Source: an uncultured Chloroflexia bacterium
GTDB taxonomy: Bacteria > Chloroflexota > Anaerolineae > JAAYZQ01
Assembly (NCBI GenBank): GCA_963700285.1
Contig: CAVOXA010000001.1
Location: 1,440,001 to 1,504,000, forward strand
Reading direction: 5' to 3'
DNA length: 64,000 nt
Positions 1 to 10,682 of this stretch are shown here, piece by piece. Made by a program: the position numbers and the translations under genes. Every line of letters starts with the position of its first letter. Position 1 is the stretch's first letter. The notes beneath the pieces are model-generated. The model was not told the DNA's origin. It did no database searches and saw only the letters and a list, made by a program, of their open reading frames with translations.

Positions 1-3000
1 CCGCAGGAAATTGTCCGGATCGGGATAATCGGCTACCCAACCCCAGGTGAAAAGGCCTGGTGGCTCTCTATCCAGCCTGCCGGCATATGCGCCAAACTCA
101 ACCACCTCCTCCCTGACCTCTACGCCCAGTTCCTGCTGCCAAGCCTAGGCGCAAGTACTCGCTTGGCTCTTTTTGCACGGTGGCGAGCAGCGTCAAACAG
201 ACAACGGGAGGGAAGCCGCGACCGCCCGGATAGCCAGCCTCGGCGAGGAGTTTCCGCGCCTCGTCCGGGTCGTATGGGAGCGCGATGCCCGGCGAGTGCC
301 CGGCCATGTTTGGAGGTACGAACCCACCCGTCGCGGGGAAAACGGTACCGCCCAGGGCTACCCCTGACAGCGTCTCCCGGTCCATGGCCAGGACAAAGGC
401 CCGGCGCACCCGGACGTCGTCGAAAGGCGGCCGGCTCGTGTTGAAGGATAGATAGTGGGTGTGCAGCCAGGGCTCCGAGACAAACTCTTCAGGGTGCCGT
501 TGCCGGGTACGGTCCATGTCCGAGGTTGGCAACTCCCAAGGGTGGTAAACATCCAGGTCGCCGGCTTCATACGCCTCCAGTAGCGCTGGAGACGACTCTC
601 TGGAGAGAAGCAACGAGAGCTCCACCCGCTGCAGGTTGCCCGTCGAGCGTCCGTGGTACGCCGGATTGCGCACCAACACCATCAATTCAGCCGAGGGATG
701 GGCCTCCAAACGAAAAGGACCGTTGCTCACGAACTTGCCCACCTCCGTCCAGGACTCGCCGTGCGCCTCGATCGCGTGCCGGGGCGCGGGAAAGGTGGCA
801 GTGCAGTGACAAGCAACTGGAGGAAATGGCCTGTTGGTTCTTCTAGCTCCACCTCCAGGGTGAGGTCGTTCAGGGCGCGGACACCCAACTGATCCGGTTG
901 GGATGACTTTGCCCTGATGGAAGGTTCTGGCACCCCAAACGTCGTACAACAACTCGGCATTGGGTGACCCGGTCGCCGGATCCAGCACCCGCTTCCAGGC
1001 GTACTCAAAGTCTCTGGCGGTCACCGGCACCCCATCGCTCCAGTACACGTCATCCCGTAAGTGAAAGAGGTAGCGCCTCCCGCCGTCGGATACTTCCCAG
1101 CTCTGGGCCACATCGGGTGCGATGTCCAGATTTGGGTTCTCCGTGAGCAGCCCGCTAAAAAGCTGCTCGTGGATCCAGCCGCCAGCAATGGTAGCCTCCA
1201 TGGCCGGATCCAGGCCATGGCCCCTGTACCAGGCCATCCGGAGGGCGTCGGACGCGGGGGACGACGGGATGTCCGGCGCTGTTTCCACTGCCTGTTGCCA
1301 GAGGGCAAAGCCTTCGTCATGGGCCTGGCGCGACTGCTGGAACTGGAAGGCATTGTGGTAGGCCAGCCCCAGCTTCATCAGCGTCCGGGCCGCTTGTTCG
1401 TCGTTGCCCTGTTCCTTGAGGAGGACCAGAGCGCGTTCGTAGGCATGGATCGCCTCCTGGTGGGCGTACAACCCCCGCGCCCGGTCTCCGGCCTGCACCA
1501 GGTAGTCGACAGCCTCTTGCGTTCGCCCGGCCAGCGCCAGGTGGTCGGCGATCAGGCCGGTGTACTCCTCGACCCGCTCACCGGCCTGCTCCAGCAACCA
1601 GTCGGCCACCAGCCCGTGATAGGCCCGCCGTACCCGCTTCAAGCACGCTTTCGTAGGTTACCTCGCGCAGCAGGGCATGCTTGAAGAGGTACTCCCGGGC
1701 ATCGGCAAAGGCCGAGGTCTCCCGTTGGAAGACCATCTCCCGGCCCCGCAGGGCCGCGAGGCGGTCCATGACCCCGGCTCTGCCGATCCCCTCCTCCGCC
1801 GACGCGTTGATGCGGGCCACGGCCCGATCCCAGAAGAGCCGTCCTACCACCGACGCCTGCTGCAATACCGTCCGTTCCTCCGGCGGCAGGCGGTCCAACC
1901 GGGCCTGGAGGACACCGGTCAGCGTCGGCGGCACGTGCACACCGGCCAGCCGAGAGGGGACCACCTGCCATTGCTCCTCCCCCTTGACGATCACACCATC
2001 CTCGACCAGCATCTTGACCAGTTCTTCGATGAAGAAGGGGTTGCCCTCGGCGCCGGCCACGATCGAGGTCGCGGAGCGTATCGGGCACCTGGTGAACCCG
2101 CTGCAGGATCTCGGCCACCAGCCGCCGGCTGTCCCACTTGGACAGCGGTTCCAGCGCCAGGCGTCGGTGAAAGCCCTGTCCCTCGCCCCAGTGGGGCCGC
2201 CGCTCAAAGAGCTCTGGGCGCGCGGCACCAACGATCATCAGCGGTTGCTCGCATAGGGCAAGCGCCAGGTGGTTGAGGGCATCCAGCGAGCTGTCGTCAG
2301 CCCAGTGCAGGTCCTCCAAGAGGATCAGCAGAGGAAACTGCCGCGCCATAGCCTGAAAATAGCCGGCCAGATGGGCCAGGGCCTGGTCGCGCAACTGTTG
2401 AGGATCGTCCCGCATCTCTGCCAGGTGGGGGCTGTCCCCCAGCTCAAAACCGACGAGGTGCCCGATCAGGTACGCTCGCAGGGCAACTTGCGGCTCCCAG
2501 GTCCCTGTCTTTGTCCCCGCCCAGCGCCGCTCCAACGCCCTCTTCCAGCTTTTCCCGGACACCGGCGGCTGTGTCGCTGTCCTGGATCTGGAAACGGAAG
2601 GCGATCAGGTCCCGGATCAGGCCGTAGGGCTGGTTCTGCATCTCGGCCGAGGCCCGCCCCTTGAAGTAGTAGAACTGCTCCGGCAGCAGCTCGGCCCAGA
2701 CGTCGAACTCGTGCAGCAGGCGCGACTTGCCCACCCCCGCCTCGCCGCTGATCGTGACCACCTGTAGCTCACGATCCTCTACGGTCGTGTAGAAGGCTTC
2801 CTGCAGGTGCTTCAGCTCCGCTTCGCGGCCCATCATGCGGGTCTCGATGCCCTCCACGCCACGGCCGGGTCGGCGAAACGCTCGCGGCTTGGCCCGCTGG
2901 ACCAGGTAGGTCTGTACCGGCTCGGCCTTGCCCTTGACGGCCAGCGGTTCCTGGGCCAGCACGTCAAACACCCCCTGCACGTGGCGGTAGGTGTCATGGC

Positions 3001-3715
3001 TGATCAGGATGCCGCCCGGTGGCGCGTTCTGCTCCATCCGCGCGGCCAGGTTGATGGCGTCGCCCATGGCCGTGTACTCGACCCGCAGGTCCGAGCCCAC
3101 CTCGCCGACCACGACCAGCCCGGTGTTGATGCCGACCCGTACATTGAAGCCGGTGATGCCCCGCTCCCGCTCCAGGCGTGCGGCATACTCCTGACTCCCT
3201 GAAATGATGTCCAGGGCTGCCCGGCAAGCCCGCTCCGGGTCGTCCTCGTGGGCGATCGGCGCCCCAAAGAAGGCCAGCACCGCGTCGCCCATCAGGCGCG
3301 CCAGCGTGCCCTCGTAGCGGTAGACCGGCTCGATGAGCACGTCAAAGGCCCCGTCCATGATCTCCAGCCAGTCCTCTGGGTCCAGTTCCTCTGCCAGTGC
3401 CGTCGAGCCCTTGACGTCGGAGAAGAGGATGGTCACGGTTCGGCGCTCGTGTCCCACCTGACCGCGGGTGGCCAGCAACCGCTCGGCGTACTCTGCGGGC
3501 ACCAGGCGCCGGAGCCGCTCTAGCGCGCTTTCTGTCGGGGGTGTCGGGCGCGTGACCGAATGAGCCTTTACCTCCATCCCGCAGGCAAAACAGAACCTGG
3601 CTTCCGAGGGCAACTCGGTTTTACACTCCGGACATGCCAGAGCAAGTCCGACGCCGCAGCTCAGGCAGAATCTGGCACGCTCGGGGTTTTTGGTACCACA
3701 TTGGGGACAGTTCAT
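1..3715 (-). CDS. Double zinc ribbon + class III adenylate/guanylate cyclase + AAA/STAND ATPase + TPR + family-5 ABC solute-binding domain fusion; frameshifted, 3' end runs off the window
   Basis: ORFs 2444-3715, 1639-2562, 1578-2231, 98-1642 and 727-1008 join into one protein: CPQC..CLSC..CPEC..CFAC; TILFSDVKGST, MGDAVLAFFG, GDAINLAARME; Walker A GEAGVGKS; LLILLEDLHWAD; GNPFFIEE; FKHALLREVTY; TPR helices; then WSDGVPVTARDF, SNGPFRL, PPFDDVRVRRA. WVADYPDPDNFL reads in bases 1-45. Confidence 0.88.
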
Positions 3716-3766
3716 GCGTACCCTCCTTCACTCGACACCAAATGCAAGCAAAGGTACTGTGTGCTG

Positions 3767-5065
3767 CTACAGGTCGATGGTCCTTTGCAGCTTTTTCAGC
3801 GCCTCGTAGGCCGCCGGCCCAACCATGCCCTTCATAGTCCGGGCGCGTAGCGCCCGGTCCAGATCGGCGATGAGATCCTGGGGATCCTCCAGACCTGTAC
3901 TGACGCGCACGATGCCGTCTCCTGTCCACTCTCGGATTGCTGCCTTCTGGGCATCTGTCAGGTAGGCCACGGCATCAATGTACAGATCCGTGGGGTAGTA
4001 AAAGATAAGGCTGCGGGCGTGGCCCAGGGAGGTGGCGTAGGTAAACAAGCGTACCTTCTCTGCCAGAGTGATGGCCGCCCCCAGGCCCTGTTCCAACTGG
4101 AACGTGAGCATGCCACCATAAGCCGACATCTGCCGCTGGGCCAGATCGTGGTGAGGGTGGCTCTCCAGGCCTGGGTAGAAAACACGGCTCACTGCGGGGT
4201 GGTCCTCCAGGAATTGAGCGATGATCATGGCGCTATCGCAGTGGCGGGCCATCCGCAAGGGGAGCGTGGTCAGCCCGCGTGCGATCAGCCAGGCATTGAA
4301 GGGGCTGATCGCCCCGCCCAGATGGACCAGTGCCTCTTTGCGCAGGCGATGGATGCCTTCAGTGGGTCCTACGAGGACACCGCCCAGGGCATCCCCATGG
4401 CCATTCAGGTATTTGGTCGCGCTATGGATGACATAATCCGCTCCCATCGCCAGGGGTCTTTGCAGGCAGGGTCCGGCCCAAGTCGAGTCGATGGCCAGCA
4501 GGGCGTCTGCCTGGTGTGCCATCTTGGCCAATGCTTCAATGTCAGCGATGCGAAGGATGGGGTTTGCAGGGGTTTCGACGTAGACCATTCTGGTTTCCGG
4601 TCTCAGCGCGGCCCGTACCTGCGCTAGATCGCTAGAGTCTACCAGGCTGACCTGGACGCCGTGCTTCGGCATGTGAAGGCCAAATAGCTCCACCGAGCCG
4701 GCATAGCAGACTTCGCTGGCGATCAGGTGGTCTCCGGGCTTCAGGAAGGTGAAGAGTAGGGACGAGACGGCGGCCATGCCTGAGGCCAGTGCCAGTGCGG
4801 CTACCTCCCCTCCTGGCTTTCCAGCGGCCGGCGATTCCAGAGCCGCAATCTTTTTCTCCAGCGCTCGCGTCGTGGGGTTTCCCCAGCGCGCGTAGGCGTA
4901 GGGGGGCTGGGCTGAGTCCATGGTCAGGGCGTCAAAGAGCTTGGAACCAAAACCCGGAAGTTGGTAGGCGGCCGACATATGCAGGGCAGGGGTAAGGGCG
5001 CCCGTGGTCGGGTCGGGTCTTTCACCAGCGTGGATGGCGAGTGTATCAATGGATAGTTCAGGCAT
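3767..5065 (-). CDS. PLP-dependent Cys/Met metabolism lyase (cystathionine gamma-synthase/lyase family)
   Basis: YARWGNPT, ASGMAAVS, VETPANP, PLP-lysine motif HSATKYLNGHGD, TSLG, IVRVSTGLED. Start set at MPELSIDT (ATG 5065, GGAG upstream). Confidence 0.9.
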   Translation of the reverse strand: MPELSIDTLAIHAGERPDPTTGALTPALHMSAAYQLPGFGSKLFDALTMDSAQPPYAYARWGNPTTRALEKKIAALESPAAGKPGGEVAALALASGMAAVSSLLFTFLKPGDHLIASEVCYAGSVELFGLHMPKHGVQVSLVDSSDLAQVRAALRPETRMVYVETPANPILRIADIEALAKMAHQADALLAIDSTWAGPCLQRPLAMGADYVIHSATKYLNGHGDALGGVLVGPTEGIHRLRKEALVHLGGAISPFNAWLIARGLTTLPLRMARHCDSAMIIAQFLEDHPAVSRVFYPGLESHPHHDLAQRQMSAYGGMLTFQLEQGLGAAITLAEKVRLFTYATSLGHARSLIFYYPTDLYIDAVAYLTDAQKAAIREWTGDGIVRVSTGLEDPQDLIADLDRALRARTMKGMVGPAAYEALKKLQRTIDL

Positions 5066-5160
5066 CAAGTCTCCTGTTCCTTCTCCCTCTGATAGGCGAG
5101 AATCTTTGATCGAGTCCGTCCCGCCTTGGTCAGAGACCTCGGCGAACCAAGGGTAGAGCC

Positions 5161-6564
5161 CTAGGCTTCCAGTGTGGCTAGCTCCTCGCGCAACGCCTGG
5201 TGCTGTTCGCGGGTGATGGGATAGCGCCACGCGCAAAAGATGGCCAGAACCAGCAACACGGCGGGCACGGGCCCCATGAACAGGCGGATGGCCGTCACTA
5301 CTTCGGCTGGCTGCTGGGGCAAAGGCTCCCTGGGAGTGGGCGTAACGTACCTGGTAAAGGCCAGGGCCAATCCCATGGCCCAGATGGCAAAGCCGGTGGC
5401 CAGTTTTTGAAAGAAGGAGGCAAAGGCATAAAAGGACCCCTCGCGTCGCTGGCCGGTCTTGACAGCGTCATAGTCGGTGACATCGGGCACCATGGACCAG
5501 GGGACGACGTACGCTGTTGCGATGCCCAAGCCGGCCAGGGCCGCCAGTGCGTAGGCAAGCGCCACCTGATGGGGGCCGAGGGCCGAGATACCAAGTAGCA
5601 CAAGGATCCAGGTCAGTGTGCCGATCACAAAGGCCCGGCGCTTGTCCAGCCGGCGTGCCAGCCAGACGATTATCGGGATAAAGAGGATGGCCGAGCCCTG
5701 GGCAGCGAGCACAAAATAGTTGGCCTGATCGGGCACGCCCAGGTAGTAGTTGGCAAAGTAAACCAGCGCGGCCGCCAGGATGCTAGCCGCCGTCCAACTG
5801 AGCAGATAGAGGCCCATCACCCACCGAAAGGGGCCGTTGCTCAACGTTGCCCTCAGCGCCTCAAGTGGGGACAGTGATTCTGGTAGCTCGTCGGACGGAC
5901 GCTCGCGGGTGACGGCAAAGACGATGAGGGGGGGAAAGATAGCGGCCAGGCCCAAGATCAGGCCAGTGAGCGCATACAGCGCCCGCGAGTCGTTGATGAG
6001 CCAGCCCAGAATTGTCACTAGGATGATGGCGCCTAGGGTACCCGCAATGGAAAAGACCATGCGATAGCCATTGAGTGAACTGCGCTCGTCATAATCCGGT
6101 GTCATCTCTGGGGTCAGGGCATTGTAGCCGACGTGAACGGCAGTAAAGATGGTATCAAAGAAGATGAACGCCAGGGTATAGTAGGCGGTCAGGGCCAGGG
6201 GGCCCCAGGGAGGAACCAGCCACATCATGGCAAAGGACACGCCCAACGGGATGGCCCCAAAAAGCAGGAGCACCCGCCGGCGTCCCCAGGGGCTGCGGAT
6301 CCGGTCGGCCACAATGCCAAACAGGGGGTCATTAACCGCGTCCCAGATACGACCGATGCCTACTGCCCACGCGGCCAGGCCGGGTGGAAGCCCTGCCACG
6401 TCGGTGAGAAAGTAGAGTTGATAGAACATGACGATGGCCAGAGGGATACTCGTACTCAAGTCACCAGTGCTAAAGAGGAGCTTGGTGCGAAGCGCGAGCT
6501 TGTCACGGCCCTGATCTTTGGTTCGTGGTGCATGGCTCGTGGTTTGTGATCCCTCGTTGGTCAT
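5161..6564 (-). CDS. MFS transporter, glycoside-pentoside-hexuronide (GPH/MelB) family
   Basis: RIWDAVNDPLFG, YNALTPEMTPDYDERSSLNGYR, GQRREGSFY, C-terminal YPITRE; about 12 hydrophobic segments. Confidence 0.9.
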   Translation of the reverse strand: MTNEGSQTTSHAPRTKDQGRDKLALRTKLLFSTGDLSTSIPLAIVMFYQLYFLTDVAGLPPGLAAWAVGIGRIWDAVNDPLFGIVADRIRSPWGRRRVLLLFGAIPLGVSFAMMWLVPPWGPLALTAYYTLAFIFFDTIFTAVHVGYNALTPEMTPDYDERSSLNGYRMVFSIAGTLGAIILVTILGWLINDSRALYALTGLILGLAAIFPPLIVFAVTRERPSDELPESLSPLEALRATLSNGPFRWVMGLYLLSWTAASILAAALVYFANYYLGVPDQANYFVLAAQGSAILFIPIIVWLARRLDKRRAFVIGTLTWILVLLGISALGPHQVALAYALAALAGLGIATAYVVPWSMVPDVTDYDAVKTGQRREGSFYAFASFFQKLATGFAIWAMGLALAFTRYVTPTPREPLPQQPAEVVTAIRLFMGPVPAVLLVLAIFCAWRYPITREQHQALREELATLEA

Positions 6565-6605
6565 TTGTCCACCGCTCGTCGTCTGCCGTCCATCGTCCGT
6601 GGTCC
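6518..6605. repeat. Degenerate short tandem heptamer-like repeats (TCGTGG/TCGTCC) between mttB and the MFS gene
   Basis: ggttcgtggtgcatggctcgtggtttgtgatccctcgttggtc ... tcgtcgtctgccgtccatcgtccgtggtcc. Confidence 0.4.
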
Positions 6606-6618
6606 AGATCCTTGCCTA

Positions 6619-8124
6619 CTACAAGGCATCCCAATCCTGCCTATCGTCCATCTCATGGAGGTAAAACTCATCCAGGGGCCGCTCGGCCACCATCTGGCGG
6701 TAGGCGGCCAGTTCCTGTTCCATGGCAGGGTCCAGTTCGCGGGGCTGGTGCTGCTCCAGGACTTTGCGGACGCGATCCTGGGCGTGATCCAGTGCTGACC
6801 GGCTTCCTCGCTCCAACCAGGCCGCATAGGGCTCGCGGGGCAAAAGTTCGGGGATGAAATGCTCCTGCCGGAAGCGGCGCACGGTGTGGGCCTCGGCCAG
6901 GTAGTTGCCTGATGAGCCGATCTTCTGGATCAGGTTCACGGCCAGGGTCCCCTCATCAACCCCGATCCCACGAGCCATGCGCAGGGCTGCCCCACAGAGT
7001 TCATCGTCCAGCATCAGCAGCGCTTCGCTGGCGAGCATTGTGCCGTCGATCGTCCCGCCGCAGGTAACAAAGTTGACGCCGGCCAGTACAGCGGGCAAAA
7101 GCGTAGACGTTCGCTCCAGCCCTGCCTGAAGGTCCTCCAGCTTGGACTCGGTCACCCCACCGACACTGCGACAGGGCAGGCCATAGTAGCGGGCCATCTG
7201 GGCTGCTCCCGCGGTGATGAGCCCCGTTTCCACGGCCCCCAGGGCTACCGTCCCCGTCCTCATGTTGGCGATGGTCGAGACAGTGCCATAGAGCACTGGT
7301 GTGCCCGGCCGGAAGATCTGGGCCAGGGTCACGTGGGCCAGGATGCTGGCGTTCTGCTGGACCAAGAGGCCGGCCAGTGTGGCTGGCGCCGTTGCTCCGG
7401 CGATGGCCTCGGGTGACATGGCCAGGGGCTGGCCATAGTCGGCGCAGATCAAGAGTCCTTCAAGTTGCATCTGGATCATCTGCAGTGGGCTGCCCACGGA
7501 ACAGATGGCAAAGAAACTCGGCCGGCGGCGGGCATGCTCTTTTCCTCCGGCCACGATGGCCATCATGCGCATCATATCCAATGTAGGCAGATAGCCGTAG
7601 CAGCCCATGCCAAAGCTTTTATGGCTGTGGTGCGCCCAGGCCCAGATGGCTTCAGTGTGGATGGTGGTCATGGGCACATCGTTAGGCCAGATGTCCATCT
7701 GGGAATTGTGGATGTGCTGGCAGCCGTTGATGAGCTGGATGTGGCGAACCACGTCGGCCATGGTCGTCTCGCGGCGCAGACCCGTGTCGCTGTCGATGAT
7801 GTGGGTGGGAGTACCCAGCCCGGCAAAACAGATATGGTCGCCACCGATCTCCAGGTAAAAATCAGACAGAGGAGCATCCCTACTGGGTCCCGAACCGTAG
7901 AGACGAAACTGCCGGGGGGCTTGCTCCACGGCCCAGCGTACGAGCTTTTCGGGGATACGCACAGGCCCACCGTCGTCACCGACCTGGGCGCCAGCTTCCC
8001 GAAAGAGGTTTCGGGCAGTATTCCAATCGACCTGGACGCCAACGGTTTGGAGAATCTCCATGGAAGCCGTGTGGATGCGTTCAACTTCCTCGGGGCTCAG
8101 CACTTCAAAGCGGGCCGTCTTCAT
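6619..8124 (-). CDS. Trimethylamine methyltransferase (MttB) superfamily protein, non-pyrrolysine type
   Basis: LSPEEVERIHTASMEIL, GATAPATLAG, PGTPVLYG. YGLPCRSVGGVTESKLEDLQAGLE has Val where Pyl enzymes carry the amber codon; there is no in-frame TAG. Confidence 0.92.
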   Translation of the reverse strand: MKTARFEVLSPEEVERIHTASMEILQTVGVQVDWNTARNLFREAGAQVGDDGGPVRIPEKLVRWAVEQAPRQFRLYGSGPSRDAPLSDFYLEIGGDHICFAGLGTPTHIIDSDTGLRRETTMADVVRHIQLINGCQHIHNSQMDIWPNDVPMTTIHTEAIWAWAHHSHKSFGMGCYGYLPTLDMMRMMAIVAGGKEHARRRPSFFAICSVGSPLQMIQMQLEGLLICADYGQPLAMSPEAIAGATAPATLAGLLVQQNASILAHVTLAQIFRPGTPVLYGTVSTIANMRTGTVALGAVETGLITAGAAQMARYYGLPCRSVGGVTESKLEDLQAGLERTSTLLPAVLAGVNFVTCGGTIDGTMLASEALLMLDDELCGAALRMARGIGVDEGTLAVNLIQKIGSSGNYLAEAHTVRRFRQEHFIPELLPREPYAAWLERGSRSALDHAQDRVRKVLEQHQPRELDPAMEQELAAYRQMVAERPLDEFYLHEMDDRQDWDAL

Positions 8125-8190
8125 CGTCGCAACTCCTTCTGGCTGCCAGGCCTTGGCATTCTGGGATGGCGGTTTCCTGGGCTAATGCCG

Positions 8191-8219
8191 ATTATACCAT
8201 CAGTTCATGCCTTGTACAA
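8191..8219 (-). promoter_or_regulatory. Sigma70-type promoter for the mttB operon
   Basis: Minus strand TTGTAC-17 nt-TATAAT, with TG of an extended -10. Confidence 0.65.
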
Positions 8220-8307
8220 AGCTCCAGGGAGGGGGCTCCAGGATCTGGCAGCCCGCAGGGCAAGATATCAGGCAGCGATACCAAGCTGGAACCTGGGGGC
8301 TGGTATA

Positions 8308-8739
8308 CTAGGATTCTAGCTCGGCTTTTAGCTGGCGCAGGTTCTCTTCAAAGTGGGCTTTGGTCGCGGAGGTGACAAATGGGCGAAGCAACCTGGCAAA
8401 GCCACCCGTGCGCAGCTCGCCGGAAAAGGTAACCCGGGTACGGCCTCTCACCGTCTCGAAGGCGTACTCACCTGAGATGGGGATCATTCCCGAGGTTGTC
8501 TCGAAGGCATACCTGCGATTGGGCACAAAATCCGTGATGACGCCGGTTGTCTCGAACTTGCGGCCGTAGGTCTCAAAGGTATAGCGATACTGGAGTCCGG
8601 TACCAGTAACCCCGTCGGAGATGATCTGCGAGTCGAGCATACCCGTTTGCCACTTGGGCAGTTGGCATTGATCGACCGTGAAGGCAAAAACGATGTCTAC
8701 AGGTCGGTCGATGGTCACGCTTACCGTGATAGGGGCCAT
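8308..8739 (-). CDS. SRPBCC (polyketide cyclase/dehydrase-like) family protein
   Basis: SVTIDRPVDIVFAF..LPKW, GRTRVTF, C-terminal helix NLRQLKAELES. Confidence 0.85.
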   Translation of the reverse strand: MAPITVSVTIDRPVDIVFAFTVDQCQLPKWQTGMLDSQIISDGVTGTGLQYRYTFETYGRKFETTGVITDFVPNRRYAFETTSGMIPISGEYAFETVRGRTRVTFSGELRTGGFARLLRPFVTSATKAHFEENLRQLKAELES

Positions 8740-8830
8740 GGTGATATTCCTGCGACGTGGGTGACTGCTTGGGCCTCAAATGCTTCGGCCGCTGCAAAGT
8801 GCGTCTGCAGCGCCAATTGGCCGACGTGAC

Positions 8831-9319
8831 CTAGTCTTCGGCGCCAAAGGCGGCCTTCAGTTTGGCCTCATCGTCCCTGGACAGCGAGGTTTGCAGGACC
8901 TTGGCATCGAATTGGGCCAGACCGTCCAGGACTTTGTCTTCGGTCCAATCCTCGACCAACAGGAACAGGGCCGACTGACCTGGTTCAATCGTGTTGCTCA
9001 CCTCTTTGATGAACCTGTCATCCAGGCCGGTGTCGCTCAGTGCGCCGCCCAGAGCGCCGCTGGCCGCGCCGATGGCCAGACCCAGCCACGGCATCCAGAA
9101 TAGCAGACCGATGAACATGCCCCAGAATGCGCCGCCCAGGGCGCCGATCCCGACCAGGCTGGTGGCCTGCTTGACCTTGACCTTGCCGTCTTGTCTGCGC
9201 ACTGCCACCGCAGCATCGGAAAGGGTAATGAGCTGTTGCTTCTGCAGGCCCCCTAGCTCATCGCGCATCTGTTCCGCGCCTTTCTCGTCCTTGAAAGCAA
9301 AAACAACCATCTGGCTCAT
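8831..9319 (-). CDS. DUF1269 domain membrane protein
   Basis: DAAVAVRRQDGKVKV, GALGGAFWGMFIGLLF, DTGLDDRFIKEV, PGQSALFLL, VLQTSLS. Confidence 0.9.
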   Translation of the reverse strand: MSQMVVFAFKDEKGAEQMRDELGGLQKQQLITLSDAAVAVRRQDGKVKVKQATSLVGIGALGGAFWGMFIGLLFWMPWLGLAIGAASGALGGALSDTGLDDRFIKEVSNTIEPGQSALFLLVEDWTEDKVLDGLAQFDAKVLQTSLSRDDEAKLKAAFGAED

Positions 9320-9615
9320 CGCGCGCTCCTTTTACCTTGGGTTCGGGTTCCAAGACCCGCCTGCGCAACATGTCCACCTTGCGGTCCCCATTCTAGCGCA
9401 ATTGGGGGCCACGCGCATCAGGCATCCGTACAGTTTTCTCCCTGTACATTCGTCCAGTCTTCTTCCTGTATGGACGTACAGGTTGCCTCGGGTCAGTCTG
9501 GAGCTACTGCAGTGCTACGGTGGGTAGGGGAGACCGTGGAACGCTGTGGCTGGCGTTGAGGTAGGTGGGTGGTTCTTCGACCCCATGAACTTGGCTGAGC
9601 GTGGGTGGCGTCATG

Positions 9616-10653
9616 CTATCGAGAGCGCACGGGCCCAGTTTGGATCCCCTGCGCCCGGGCCAACTGGTCCAGCGCCTGGGCAGCCGCATTCTGCACGCTT
9701 TTTTTGGGATCCTGAAGGAGATCAACGAGCGGCCCGGCTGCCCGTGCGTCTCCGATCCGCCCCAGCGCCCGTGCGGCTGCTTCGCGTACCTGTCCATCCT
9801 GGTCCTGCAGGGACATGGTCAGCGGTTCTATAATCTGTTGCCTATGATCTGCTTCCGCCAGGTACTGCCCGATCTGGCCCAAAGCCCTGACGGAAGCAAG
9901 CCGGAGTCTCGGGTCTGGATCTGATACTGCAGCGACGAGGATTGTCACTGTTTGAGCCTGTAGCGCGCTATCATTGGATTCTTGCCCCATCTGTCCCAGG
10001 GCGACTACAGCGCCCTCTCGACGGCGCCAGTCTGTGTCATCCAGAGCGGCGCATAGAGATCCCAAATGGGCGGATCCCAGGTTCGCCAGCGACCCCGCAG
10101 CAGCCCTACGCACTGCCTGTCGCTCGTCTCCCAGGGATAGCAGCAGCGCTTCCGCCAGGTGCGGGCACGGTATTTCGTCTTCTATCCGAGGACCAACCAC
10201 CGCCAGCGTTTCTGCAGCCGCCTCACGGACTTGCCAGACCTCGTCATGAAGCGCATTGATCAGAGCTGCCCCCATCTGGTTTGAAAGGGAATATCCATCC
10301 GTCTGTCCGCTGCTTCTTTGCGGCGCTCTGATGTTCACTGGTCCAGGGGCTGAGTTCTGCTGCTCTTCGACAGTTGGAGCTGGTTGTGGTTCGGCGCAGC
10401 CATCTAGCAGGCAGCCCAGTGCCCGCACGCCAGCTCTACGCACCGTCCACTCATCATCACTCAGTGCCTCGATCAAGTCCGGCGCAGCCCTCCAGTCGCC
10501 TACTTTGCCTAGAGCCAAGGCCGAAGCCTCCCGCACACTTGGGTCGGGATGGCGTAGAGCGCCCGCGAGCCTGGCAGTGTCTGCCCTGGCTTGGAGTTCC
10601 TCCACGTCTGGCGTTCGGCCACCGAACCTTGCCTGGAAGAAACGCAATATCAT
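9616..10653 (-). CDS. HEAT/PBS-lyase repeat protein
   Basis: About 8 repeats of L.D.d..VR..AA.ALG (DPSVREASALALG, DEWTVRRAGVRALG, DGQVREAAARALG). Start set at MILRFFQ. Confidence 0.88.
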   Translation of the reverse strand: MILRFFQARFGGRTPDVEELQARADTARLAGALRHPDPSVREASALALGKVGDWRAAPDLIEALSDDEWTVRRAGVRALGCLLDGCAEPQPAPTVEEQQNSAPGPVNIRAPQRSSGQTDGYSLSNQMGAALINALHDEVWQVREAAAETLAVVGPRIEDEIPCPHLAEALLLSLGDERQAVRRAAAGSLANLGSAHLGSLCAALDDTDWRRREGAVVALGQMGQESNDSALQAQTVTILVAAVSDPDPRLRLASVRALGQIGQYLAEADHRQQIIEPLTMSLQDQDGQVREAAARALGRIGDARAAGPLVDLLQDPKKSVQNAAAQALDQLARAQGIQTGPVRSR

Positions 10654-10682
10654 GGGAATGCCCCGCGTCTGGATGGCCGTCC

